This document shows positions 1 to 8,530 of a stretch of DNA of 64,000 nt, piece by piece. The notes beneath the pieces are model-generated. The model searched no databases. It had not been told where the DNA came from and saw only the letters and a list, made by a program, of their open reading frames with translations. The DNA comes from Gemmatimonadaceae bacterium (GTDB taxonomy: Bacteria; Gemmatimonadota; Gemmatimonadetes; Gemmatimonadales; Gemmatimonadaceae), in contig JBPCJJ010000062.1 of assembly GCA_051005405.1 (NCBI GenBank), positions 14,941 to 78,940 of the forward strand, read 5' to 3'. The position numbers were made by a program, and so were the translations under genes. Each line of letters starts with the position of its first letter. Positions within the stretch are counted from its first letter, which is position 1.

Positions 1-1
1 C

Positions 2-1216
2 GTCATCAACGTCCGGTCATACGGAGAAGACCCGATGCTCGACGGAAGGCTTGGGGCGTCGTTCATCCGCGGGCTCCAGGAGCATGGGATGCTCGCCACC
101 GGGAAGCACTTCCCCGGACACGGCGACACGTCCATCAACTCGCACCTCGCGCTCCCCGTCGTAACAGTCAGCCGCGCACGCCTCGACAGCCTTGAGTTCG
201 TCCCGTTCCGCGCCGCGATCGCGGCGGGAGTCGGCGCGATGATGTCATTTCACGGCGTCATGCCTGCGCTGGATTCGTCCGGCGTGCCCGGAACTCTGTC
301 GCGCCCCGTGTTGACCGATCTGCTGCGGGACGAGCTCGGATTTCAGGGGGTCATCATCTCCGACGCGATGGACATGCGCGGAGTGCTTGACCAGTTCGGC
401 GCTGTCGAAGCGACGAAGCGCGCGGTTGCCGCTGGAGCCGATGTTCTGATTCAACCGCTCGACGTGAGGGCTACCATCGACGCGATCGTCGAAGGCGTAA
501 CCGAAAACCGGTACCCTGAGGCGAGGATCGACGACGCCGTTGGCCGGCTGCTCGAGCTCAAGCAGAACATGGGTCTCATGACCAGAAAAGTCGTGGAGCT
601 CGACTCAGTGCGTACTCTGGTGGGGGACAGCGCGCACTATGCGGTTGCCCGCGAGATCGCCGATCGTTCGATCGTGCTCCTGAAGGACGAGATCGGGCAG
701 GTCGCGCTCCGTCCCTCTCCCGGCACCCGGGTCGTGTCGATCACCGTGGCGCGGCGCGCTGATCTGGCTGCCGGCTCGGCGTTCAACGCGGAGCTGCGGC
801 GCCGGTTCCCGGCCCTCCGGGCGATCTTCGTTCCCGCCGACGACATCGAAGGCTCGCTGGCCCGATTGGAGGCCGCGGCCGACTCGGCGGACGTGACCAT
901 CATCGGGTCCTACGTAGGACAGGGGTGGGATGCGACCACCGTAGGGGCTCCGCAACCGCTCGTCGATTTCGTGGCGCGGCGATCCGCGGGAGCGCGGAAG
1001 CCAATCGTAGTCGCCTTCGGAAACCCGTACCTCCTGAGCCAGATACCGACGGTACCTACCTATCTGATCGCCTGGAGCGGGTCTCCTGTCTCCCAGATAG
1101 CGGCGGCGCGTGCGCTACTTGGCGAGATCCCGATTACCGGCCGGCTCCCTATTACCATCGGGTCTCTGAGGCCCGGGAGCGCCATCATCAAGCGGCTTCC
1201 CAGCCCCGTTTTTTAG
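2..1216 (+). CDS. Glycoside hydrolase family 3 (beta-N-acetylhexosaminidase/NagZ-like), 5'-truncated by the window edge
   Basis: The frame is open from nt 2 (VINVRSYGEDP precedes the first Met at 35). It has the GH3 catalytic-domain motifs KHFPGHGDT and ISDAMDM. The third codon position is GC-rich. Confidence 0.8.
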   Translation, partial: VINVRSYGEDPMLDGRLGASFIRGLQEHGMLATGKHFPGHGDTSINSHLALPVVTVSRARLDSLEFVPFRAAIAAGVGAMMSFHGVMPALDSSGVPGTLSRPVLTDLLRDELGFQGVIISDAMDMRGVLDQFGAVEATKRAVAAGADVLIQPLDVRATIDAIVEGVTENRYPEARIDDAVGRLLELKQNMGLMTRKVVELDSVRTLVGDSAHYAVAREIADRSIVLLKDEIGQVALRPSPGTRVVSITVARRADLAAGSAFNAELRRRFPALRAIFVPADDIEGSLARLEAAADSADVTIIGSYVGQGWDATTVGAPQPLVDFVARRSAGARKPIVVAFGNPYLLSQIPTVPTYLIAWSGSPVSQIAAARALLGEIPITGRLPITIGSLRPGSAIIKRLPSPVF

Positions 1217-1416
1217 GGCTGGCCGGGTCCGGCGCCACCAATGGGGGCCCTCCGATCTCCGGTCACGGCGAGGCATCGGACTCCCCTCCCGGGCCGTAAC
1301 ACTTGTGTACCGAGGCCTGGCTAACGGGCTGAAACTATTGCGCCCACGGGTGTACTAGTTGCAACGTGACTCAGCGGAATTGCTGCCGCTAAGTACGAAC
1401 CGTACCAGGGGGGCAC

Positions 1417-1713
1417 ATGCTGGCCTATGTGGATTCGCTGTGCGCCGCGCTTCTCGCGCGGAATTCCGGAGAGATCCGGCGGCTGCTCGCGCTTCCACAG
1501 GCCGGGAAGCTGCCCCGCCGAGTGCGGGAAGAGGCTACGGCGATAACGAAAGCGAACGGCTACGGCCACGCCGCTCCGGTACATGCCCTCCACTACTTCT
1601 ATACGCTCACGCACCTCCTCGACGAGAACAACGACCCGTTGTTCGACGGGGAGATGAGTCATGCCGAGCGCACCCAGATAGAGTTGCCCCTGCGCGCAGC
1701 GAGCGGCTTCTAG
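1417..1713 (+). CDS. Hypothetical small protein (98 aa)
   Basis: ATG-initiated ORF whose third codon positions are strongly GC-rich when read by eye. I recognised no family motif. Competing overlapping ORFs look like frame shadows. Confidence 0.35.
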   Translation: MLAYVDSLCAALLARNSGEIRRLLALPQAGKLPRRVREEATAITKANGYGHAAPVHALHYFYTLTHLLDENNDPLFDGEMSHAERTQIELPLRAASGF

Positions 1714-1770
1714 AGCAGTACTCGCCGCTGGCCCTCTCGATACGGGTGCACTCCGAAGTTGGATCCTCCG

Positions 1771-4587
1771 TCATCTTTCTTTGCGCTTGTTCGCGGACAG
1801 CAACTTCGTGAGAGAGTTTTTCTTCTTCATCGCGGTCGCCCAGATATCTCCCTTCGACGCGAACCGTTTGATCACGGTATCAATGGTGAAGTCGCGTGGA
1901 TCGAGTCCGGCACGGAGCTCATCCCATCCGATTGGTGTTGACACCGTCGCGCCCTCGCGCGCGCGGACGCAGTACGGGCCCGCCACGGTTTTCCCCTGGA
2001 TGTTCTGCAGGTAGTCCACGTACACCGTCGATTCGCCCCGCTGCTTCACGAACCGCTTAACCGTTGCCTCCTTCGGGTGCTCGCTCGCGACGCGCTCCGC
2101 GACGATCTGCGCGATGAGCGTGGCAGCCTCGTTAGGTGTACGAGGTGGAAGCGGGAGGTACACGTGCATCCCGGTCGATCCCGAGGTCTTGATGGCCGCG
2201 TGCAGCCCGAGGCCGTCGAGCACCTCCTTCACCCACTGCGCGACCCGCACGACGCGCCCGAACTTCGCGGTCGGCCCGGGGTCGAGATCGATGATCGAGT
2301 AATCAGCAAAGTCGAGCTTTCGAAAACGCGAATGCCACGGGTCGACTGACACCGCCCCGAGCTGGATAGTATAGAGCAGGGTGGGCAGATCGCCGCCGAC
2401 CATGCGCCGCTGCCGCTCGCCGTCGTCGTTGGTTACGATCTCGACGCGAACAGCCTCCGGGGTGTCTTCCGAGGCATTCTGCTGGTAAAACGCCTCGCCG
2501 TTGACGCCGTTCGGGAACCGCTTGAGGATCAACGGCCTGTGGTCGATGGTCGGTAGAATGAAGGGCGAGACGAGAGTGTAGTACCGGAGCAGATCGCCCT
2601 TCGTGTGACTCGTCGACTGGAAAAAAATCTTGGCGAGGTTCGTGACGGAGAGCGTGCGGCCCCTGCCGAAGTCGAGAGTGCCGCGCTTGTTCGAGCTGCA
2701 CAGCTCGTCGATCTGCGACAGGATTTTCGCCGCATCCGCGCGTAGCGGCACCGGAGGTCTTGCCGCCGCGACGAGCTTGGTCGGCGTCTTCGCGGTGCGC
2801 GTCGCTGGTTTTGCGGCCACGGCTTGCTTCGCTCGAGGTTGCACGCTCATTCCTTCGCGGGTTATCTCGCGTGCGGATTTGTCGGTGCGAATCCCGAGAT
2901 AAATGGGCTGCCTCAGTCTCCCGTCTGCGGTCCATTCGCTGAACTTCACCTCGACGACGACCTTCGGCCTGACCCAGTGCGCCCGCTCGTTCGTCTTCGG
3001 CGTCTGGCTGAACGGCGGTGTGTCGCGCTCGAGTGGGGCAAGCAGCGCGTGCATATCCTCGAGTCCCTGCCGGGTGAAGCCTCCGCCGGTATGTCCGGCG
3101 TAGATAAAATCGTCGCCGTCGTAGTAGCCGAGCAGGATCGCGCCAATGTGGGACCGGCTGTTGCGCGGCTCGGTGTAGCCACCGACGGCGAACTCCTGGC
3201 GAAACTCGATCTTGAGCTTGAGCCAGGAGCGTGACCGCACGCCCGGCTCGTACACGGAAGCGGTACGCTTGGCGATGATGCCCTCCCAGCCCTGGCTTTT
3301 GGCCAGCGCGAGCAGCTTCTCGCCGTCGTTGCCGGTTTCGCCGAGACGCACGACGCTCGAAGCTCGCGGGCCAACGCGCTTCTCGAGCCGCGCGCGCCGC
3401 TCGCTCCACGGCTCGCGCGCGAGGGCGTCCTTGCCGTCGAGGAGGATGTCGAACAGGCAGATGCCGACGGGCGATCCTTCGCGGTGCAGCGCTATCGCCT
3501 TGTCGTCCGTCACGTGCATGCGGCCCTGCAGCTCCTGAAACCGCACCGGCTCACCGTTCCTGAGCGCGACGAGTTCGCCATCGAGCACAAGGTCGCGGCG
3601 CGCGGAGAACGCGAGCTTGCGGAGCGCTTCGGCGATCTCGGGGAACTGCCGGGACTTGTCGTGTCCGTTGCGCGTCACGAGCCGCGCGGTCTTGGCTGTG
3701 CAGAACGCGATCACGCGTATCCCGTCGTACTTTGGCTCGAACGTCCAGTCGCCTTTGGGAATCGCGGTGCCGACGCTGGCGAACATGGGCTCGAGGACTT
3801 TTGGAAGCTTGAGCGGCTTTGGCTTGGCGCGGACCGCCGCGCTCGCGGCCTTTCTTGCGGCCTTTCTCGCGTCAGCCGCAGCGCCGGTGCCGCTCTGCCA
3901 TACTTTGCTCTTTTTGTCCGCCGCGATCTCCTCCATCGTGCGCCCGCTCACCACCGAGCTGTCGTACTTCTCAACGATGTCCTCGCGGCCGGCGTGCTCG
4001 TCACGGTGCTTTATGAAGAGCCACTGCGGCTTGGCTACGGATCCGAACCTGTCGCCTTTCATCCGGACGAGCACATACGAGCCGCGGATCCGCTCGCCGT
4101 GAAAGTGAATCTTGAAATCGCCTTTCGTGTATCCGGCGCGGAGGAGATCTTCGTCGTCATCCGACGGGTCGGGCGTGGCGGTGTACGTGCCGCGATCCCA
4201 GAGCATGACCGTGCCGCCGCCGTACTGCCCCGCGGGGATGCTCCCTTCGAAGCTGTTGTACTCGATGGGGTGATCTTCGACCTGCATGGCGAGGCGCTTC
4301 ACGGTCGGATCGATGCTCGGTCCTTTCGGCACTGCCCAGCTCTTCATGACGCCGTCGAGCTCCAGGCGGAGATCGAAGTGAAGATGGCTCGCCGCGTGCT
4401 TTTGTATCACGAAGCGAAGTCCCTGCGTCGCGTTACCGGCGGCTCTCTTCGGCTTGCCCGCGGGCTCGCGCGTGCGCGAAAAATCCCGCTTGCGGCGATA
4501 CTCGGTCAACTCCCCGGGTGCGGCTTTCTCCTTCCCGGGCTTCGCGCGCGCGCCGGGCGCATTGCCGGGCGTTTTGCCGCGCGCCAT
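1771..4587 (-). CDS. ligD: Multidomain ATP-dependent DNA ligase LigD (phosphoesterase - ligase - primase/polymerase)
   Basis: 938-aa ORF. The N-terminal 3'-phosphoesterase module has FVIQKHAASHLHFDLRLE. The central ligase has the adenylation motif EPKYDGIRV. A C-terminal LigD polymerase-type module follows. The gene starts 15 nt downstream of ku. Confidence 0.9.
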   Translation of the reverse strand: MARGKTPGNAPGARAKPGKEKAAPGELTEYRRKRDFSRTREPAGKPKRAAGNATQGLRFVIQKHAASHLHFDLRLELDGVMKSWAVPKGPSIDPTVKRLAMQVEDHPIEYNSFEGSIPAGQYGGGTVMLWDRGTYTATPDPSDDDEDLLRAGYTKGDFKIHFHGERIRGSYVLVRMKGDRFGSVAKPQWLFIKHRDEHAGREDIVEKYDSSVVSGRTMEEIAADKKSKVWQSGTGAAADARKAARKAASAAVRAKPKPLKLPKVLEPMFASVGTAIPKGDWTFEPKYDGIRVIAFCTAKTARLVTRNGHDKSRQFPEIAEALRKLAFSARRDLVLDGELVALRNGEPVRFQELQGRMHVTDDKAIALHREGSPVGICLFDILLDGKDALAREPWSERRARLEKRVGPRASSVVRLGETGNDGEKLLALAKSQGWEGIIAKRTASVYEPGVRSRSWLKLKIEFRQEFAVGGYTEPRNSRSHIGAILLGYYDGDDFIYAGHTGGGFTRQGLEDMHALLAPLERDTPPFSQTPKTNERAHWVRPKVVVEVKFSEWTADGRLRQPIYLGIRTDKSAREITREGMSVQPRAKQAVAAKPATRTAKTPTKLVAAARPPVPLRADAAKILSQIDELCSSNKRGTLDFGRGRTLSVTNLAKIFFQSTSHTKGDLLRYYTLVSPFILPTIDHRPLILKRFPNGVNGEAFYQQNASEDTPEAVRVEIVTNDDGERQRRMVGGDLPTLLYTIQLGAVSVDPWHSRFRKLDFADYSIIDLDPGPTAKFGRVVRVAQWVKEVLDGLGLHAAIKTSGSTGMHVYLPLPPRTPNEAATLIAQIVAERVASEHPKEATVKRFVKQRGESTVYVDYLQNIQGKTVAGPYCVRAREGATVSTPIGWDELRAGLDPRDFTIDTVIKRFASKGDIWATAMKKKNSLTKLLSANKRKER

Positions 4588-4602
4588 TTACCGTAAATCC
4601 GG

Positions 4603-5481
4603 CTAGGCGGACTTTCGCTTCTTGGGGCGCGCGGGCTTCTTCTGCGCGGGGGCATCTTCGCCTTCGTCCTCGTCGCGCTCCACCTTGGCCGCGCCTCGCT
4701 TCGATTTCTTCCCGCCGCCCTGCTCCAGACTTTCCCGCAGACGCGACATGAGATCGAGCACGCCCGTGTCTTCTTCCTCTGCCGGCTCATCGTACTTGAT
4801 CTTCTTCCCCTTCATCTTGGCCTTGATCACCGCCATCAGCTTCTCGCGGTAGTCGTCGGTGTACTTCTCCGGAGTGAACTCCTCCGTGAGGTTCGCGACG
4901 AGCATCTCCGCCATCTGCAGCTCCTGGGGGCGCACGAGGTCGGCGTCGGGGAACGAGTATTCCACGGGGTCGACGAGCTCGTTGGAGAAGCGCATGATTT
5001 CCATGACGAGCGCGTCGCCAACGACTTTGATGCCGGCGAGATGCTGCTTGGTGCGCATGATGATCTTCCCGATCCCAACTGCGTCAGCGTTCTTCATCGC
5101 CGCGCGGAGCAGCGCGTACGCCTTCTCTCCGCCTTTCACGGGGACGAGAAAGTATGGCGTCTCGAAGAACCGGGGGTCGATCTCCTCCTGCTTCACGAAG
5201 CCGAGGATGTCGATGGTGCGGGAAGACTCGACGGCCGCTGCCTTGAAGTCGTCGTCGGTCATTACGACGAACTTGCCCTTCTCGTACTCGTAGCCCTTGA
5301 CGATCTCGTTCCAGGGCACCGGCGTGCCTTCTTCCTGGCAGACCCGCTCGTACTTGATGGGGGACATGTCGTCAGCGTGGAGCATCCGAAAGCTGATGTG
5401 ATCGTCACGCACCGCGGTCTTCACTTCCACCGGGATGTTGACCAGCCCGAAAGTCACCGCCCCCTTCCATATCGCCGCCAT
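4603..5481 (-). CDS. ku: Ku DNA end-binding protein (NHEJ)
   Basis: The N-terminus MAAIWKGAVTFGLVNIPV is typical of bacterial Ku, and there is a Lys/Arg-rich C-terminal tail. I chose the ATG at 5481. The ORF-track start at 5532 (GTG) adds an unconserved 17-aa N-terminal extension ahead of the conserved Ku N-terminus and lies only about 20 nt from the csp terminator hairpin. Confidence 0.9.
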   Translation of the reverse strand: MAAIWKGAVTFGLVNIPVEVKTAVRDDHISFRMLHADDMSPIKYERVCQEEGTPVPWNEIVKGYEYEKGKFVVMTDDDFKAAAVESSRTIDILGFVKQEEIDPRFFETPYFLVPVKGGEKAYALLRAAMKNADAVGIGKIIMRTKQHLAGIKVVGDALVMEIMRFSNELVDPVEYSFPDADLVRPQELQMAEMLVANLTEEFTPEKYTDDYREKLMAVIKAKMKGKKIKYDEPAEEEDTGVLDLMSRLRESLEQGGGKKSKRGAAKVERDEDEGEDAPAQKKPARPKKRKSA

Positions 5482-5553
5482 TCGCGAGCTGCTCCGTTCT
5501 TGGTGAGGTAGAGAGCCTAACGCGCAAGACACATGCTCGCTATGGCGGCATGC

Positions 5554-5581
5554 AAAACGCCCCGCGATTACTCACGGGGCG
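5554..5581 (-). terminator. Rho-independent terminator downstream of the cold-shock gene
   Basis: On the minus strand there is a 7-bp GC stem (CGCCCCG/CGGGGCG, 5575-5581 pairing with 5558-5564), a 10-nt loop and then TTTT (5554-5557). It begins 23 nt after the csp stop. Confidence 0.5.
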
Positions 5582-5603
5582 CAGTAGCTGTCGCGGCCGC
5601 GGC

Positions 5604-5813
5604 CTATCCGGCCTTTGTCACGTCCGCTGCCTGAGGTCCTTTCTGGCCGTCCACGATCTCGAACTCGACCTTGTCGCCTTCGGCGAGAGATTTGAATCCG
5701 CTCCCCTGTATGGCGCTGAAGTGGACGAAGACGTCCGGGCCCCCCTCACGAGTGATGAAGCCGAATCCCTTCGCGTCGTTGAACCACTTCACTGTTCCTG
5801 TGATCCTTTCCAT
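5604..5813 (-). CDS. cspA: Cold-shock protein, CspA family
   Basis: 69 aa with the motifs [15 protein letters not shown] (RNP1) and DVFVHFSAI (RNP2). Confidence 0.95.
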   Translation of the reverse strand: MERITGTVKWFNDAKGFGFITREGGPDVFVHFSAIQGSGFKSLAEGDKVEFEIVDGQKGPQAADVTKAG

Positions 5814-5922
5814 TTTCGTTGCCTCATGCCCTTCCCGTACGCGTCCGGCTCATGAACTGGAGGAGTGGGCCGAACTGTCGGCGATTCCAGCGCGCAATTT
5901 TTGTGCAAGGCGCCTGAAATGT

Positions 5923-6132
5923 TTACGCGGCGCCGGCGATGTAACGGGCGATCCTGCCGCATTCCTGGCAGGTGAGAGTCACATGGGTCGTGGCGGGCGG
6001 GGGCTCTTGATCGGGGTGGCGGGCGATTGATCCGGAGCAGGAAGGGCAACTCAGCGGCTTGCCATGACGGTCATGGGTAATAAGGCTTAGCGCTTGAGCA
6101 GGGTTGTACGTCGCGGGACGAGGCTTACGCAT
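5923..6132 (-). CDS. Small zinc-ribbon-like protein (69 aa), function unknown
   Basis: Two Cys pairs (CPSC ... CQEC). There is a strong RBS: GGAGG, a 6-nt spacer, then ATG (minus strand, GGAGGATTTGAATG). No family was recognised. Confidence 0.45.
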   Translation of the reverse strand: MRKPRPATYNPAQALSLITHDRHGKPLSCPSCSGSIARHPDQEPPPATTHVTLTCQECGRIARYIAGAA

Positions 6133-6316
6133 TCAAATCCTCCAATAAGCGACGCTCGTAAGCTCCGTACAGAGCGGAGCCCAGCTCGCTGCTTGAGTAA
6201 TCTAACCGCCCCTGGAAGGGCCGTAACCAAATGTTCCGAGCCCCCGCTGGAAGACGGGGGCCCCGCGAGAAGCTTATACCGACCGGAGGCCCAGTAGTTC
6301 CCGCGGGCGATTTGGC

Positions 6317-8317
6317 CTAGGGAGTCCAGCTCTGGTTTGTCCTGTCCAGATCCGGAAACAACCGATCCGGATCGATCTCGATCCGGGAAACGGTACCGGC
6401 GCGCTCAACCGAATGAACGCCCCGGGTGTGACCCTGGAGCCAGTACTCGACCGGAATCTCCGCCCGTTCGGTCGTCCCGTCCGTTCGGGTTATGACGAGC
6501 CGCGCTGGCATCGGCGCCGAGCCGCGATCTTCGACCGTCACGAGCAGCCGGTCACCGGAGCGCTGCACTCCCGCGATCGCCTGGTCCAGAGTCCACGTCT
6601 CGTAAAACCAGGTGCGCCAGAACCACGAGAGATCGCGGCCGCTGACGTCGTTGAAGGTGTTGAACAGGTCCTGCGGTTGCGGATGACGGTTGGTCCATCT
6701 GCGACCATACTCCCGGTACGCGCGCATGAACGTCTCCTCGCCGAGAAGCCCGCGGAGCGCGTGCAGAGCAACCATTGGCTTGTCGTACGCAGCTACCGTC
6801 CGGGCCGCGTCGCGCATGTAATGGTCGCCGTGGCGTGTCACCTCGAGCTCTGTGCCGGCCAAGGCGGCTCGCTCGTAGGATGTGCCGGCGAGTGTGGCGC
6901 GGGGAATCCCCGGGAAAAACTCGACCGCTCCCTCGACATCGAGGAAGCTGGCCATGCCTTCGTCCTGCCACATGTTCCGCTTCTCGTCGGATCCGACGAT
7001 CATCGGGAACCACATGTGCGCTATCTCGTGCAGAGTCACGCTGTAGAGGGCGACCGAATCACGCGGCGATCCGGTGATAAACGTCGTCATCGGGAACTCC
7101 ATCCCTCCGCCGACCCCGAGCCCTTCGACCACGGTCATGTGCGGGTACGGATACGGAAAGACGAAGCGCGACAGAAAGTCTATGGAGTGCCGGGCGTACC
7201 GCGCGGTCTCGCGCCACGCCGTCCGGTCCGGCCTGTAGAGAGCGTGCACGATCGGGAAGTCGCCCGCGCCGTCGCCGTCAGCATCGCCGACGCTGACGCG
7301 CGCCGCGTCCCATACGTACCGGCTGCTCGTGGTCCACGCGAAGTCGCGGACCTGGTCCGCGGTAAACCGCCACGTCAGCATTCGATCGGCGCCGCCGCCG
7401 GCGGTCGCGCGTCCAGGACCGCGCTCGTCGGCCGTGACGATATGAACAATTCCCGAATCAACCGCGCCCCTGCCGGCGCTGAGGCGGTCCAATCGACCGC
7501 GCGCCGCGGGCGAGAGAACCTGCGCCGGGTTCGCCAGCTCACCGGTCGCGACCACGAGCCAGCCGGCGGGGACGCGAAGCGAAACGTCATAGTCGGCGTA
7601 GCCCATGTAGAACTCGGCCGTCCCCATGTACTGATCCACCTGCCACCCGGAGACGTCGTCGTACACGGCGAACTGCGGATACCAGTACGCGAGATGGAAC
7701 ACCTCTCCATCCTGCCCCATGCGCGGTGAGCTTGTAAGAGACGGAACCATGAATGACCACGCAACGTCGAGATCGACGCTGTCACCGGAGGCGAGTGATC
7801 TACCCAGATGAATCCACGCGATCGTGCCGTCGGTTCGGAAGCCGGCCTTTGTCGTATCGGTCGAGGCGATCGATCCGAGGTTGGCTCCCTGCAACGCTAC
7901 GCGGGTGAGCGTCACGCCCCCGGTAATCGGCACGGGTCGGTTTCTCTGCGCGTCGGGCGCGTACAGATTCTGGTAGAGATGCACCGCGAGACGGCGAAGC
8001 GCGTCGGGCGATCTGTTGTGGTAGCGGATCCGGCCGGATCCGGTGAGAAGCTTCGAAGCCGTATCGAGCGACGCGCTCAACTGGTAACGCGCGTACTGCT
8101 GCCAGTACGCCGGGCCCGGCCGTCCGGTTCGCGTCCGGGTGCCTTTCTCGACTGCGCGGCGGAAGCCGGGCGGCTCTACGATGGATTTGTATCGATCGTG
8201 CAGGACAAGGCGATCGTCAGCAGCGTCGAAGCTACCGGCCGGATAAATGTCCGGGGTGCGTGGCGATGCGCACGCACCCGCAACGAGCAGCCCGCACGCA
8301 AGCAGCGCGCGAGTCAC
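6317..8317 (-). CDS. M1-family zinc metallopeptidase (aminopeptidase N-like), probable lipoprotein
   Basis: HEIAHMWF (HExxH) plus a downstream WQDEGMASF is the gluzincin M1 signature. The GTG at 8317 gives a signal/lipobox-like N-terminus TRALLACGLLVAGAC and overlaps the upstream gene's stop as GTGA. The ORF-track start at 8398 is probably too long. Confidence 0.8.
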   Translation of the reverse strand: MTRALLACGLLVAGACASPRTPDIYPAGSFDAADDRLVLHDRYKSIVEPPGFRRAVEKGTRTRTGRPGPAYWQQYARYQLSASLDTASKLLTGSGRIRYHNRSPDALRRLAVHLYQNLYAPDAQRNRPVPITGGVTLTRVALQGANLGSIASTDTTKAGFRTDGTIAWIHLGRSLASGDSVDLDVAWSFMVPSLTSSPRMGQDGEVFHLAYWYPQFAVYDDVSGWQVDQYMGTAEFYMGYADYDVSLRVPAGWLVVATGELANPAQVLSPAARGRLDRLSAGRGAVDSGIVHIVTADERGPGRATAGGGADRMLTWRFTADQVRDFAWTTSSRYVWDAARVSVGDADGDGAGDFPIVHALYRPDRTAWRETARYARHSIDFLSRFVFPYPYPHMTVVEGLGVGGGMEFPMTTFITGSPRDSVALYSVTLHEIAHMWFPMIVGSDEKRNMWQDEGMASFLDVEGAVEFFPGIPRATLAGTSYERAALAGTELEVTRHGDHYMRDAARTVAAYDKPMVALHALRGLLGEETFMRAYREYGRRWTNRHPQPQDLFNTFNDVSGRDLSWFWRTWFYETWTLDQAIAGVQRSGDRLLVTVEDRGSAPMPARLVITRTDGTTERAEIPVEYWLQGHTRGVHSVERAGTVSRIEIDPDRLFPDLDRTNQSWTP

Positions 8318-8529
8318 TCGTAAACCAGATCTCCGTCCGCATCGAATCCGAGCTCCTGATGTGATCCGCATACGCCGCATACTCGTTTGACGTGCCACGC
8401 CTCGCCCAGCTCCTCGCGGTGTGAGGCGCTGGCGGGCTTGACGGTGAGCTTCTTAAAGCTGAATTCACCGCACTTTATGCAAGGATGGCTCCGCGCGATC
8501 TGGGTAGCCCGCTTCTCACCTATCGCCAA
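8314..8529 (-). CDS. Small zinc-ribbon protein (about 71 aa), function unknown
   Basis: CIKC ... CGVC pairs. A TTG at 8529 lies 1 nt after the SPFH stop (TGA-A-TTG). Its own stop overlaps the M1 peptidase GTG start. The longer ORF-track version (start 8625) would overlap the SPFH gene by 95 nt. Confidence 0.4.
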   Translation of the reverse strand: MAIGEKRATQIARSHPCIKCGEFSFKKLTVKPASASHREELGEAWHVKRVCGVCGSHQELGFDADGDLVYE

Positions 8530-8530
8530 T

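Noticed and set aside
2303-4596. Long alternative-frame ORFs inside ligD (2303..3409 minus, 3484..4596 plus)
   Set aside because: They overlap the LigD frame, which carries the diagnostic PE, ligase (KYDG) and polymerase motifs. Their products are Arg-rich with no motifs.
6413-7729. A 438-aa plus-strand ORF opposite the M1 peptidase
   Set aside because: It is antisense to a frame containing the HExxH...E gluzincin signature. The product is Arg/Pro/His-rich with no motifs.
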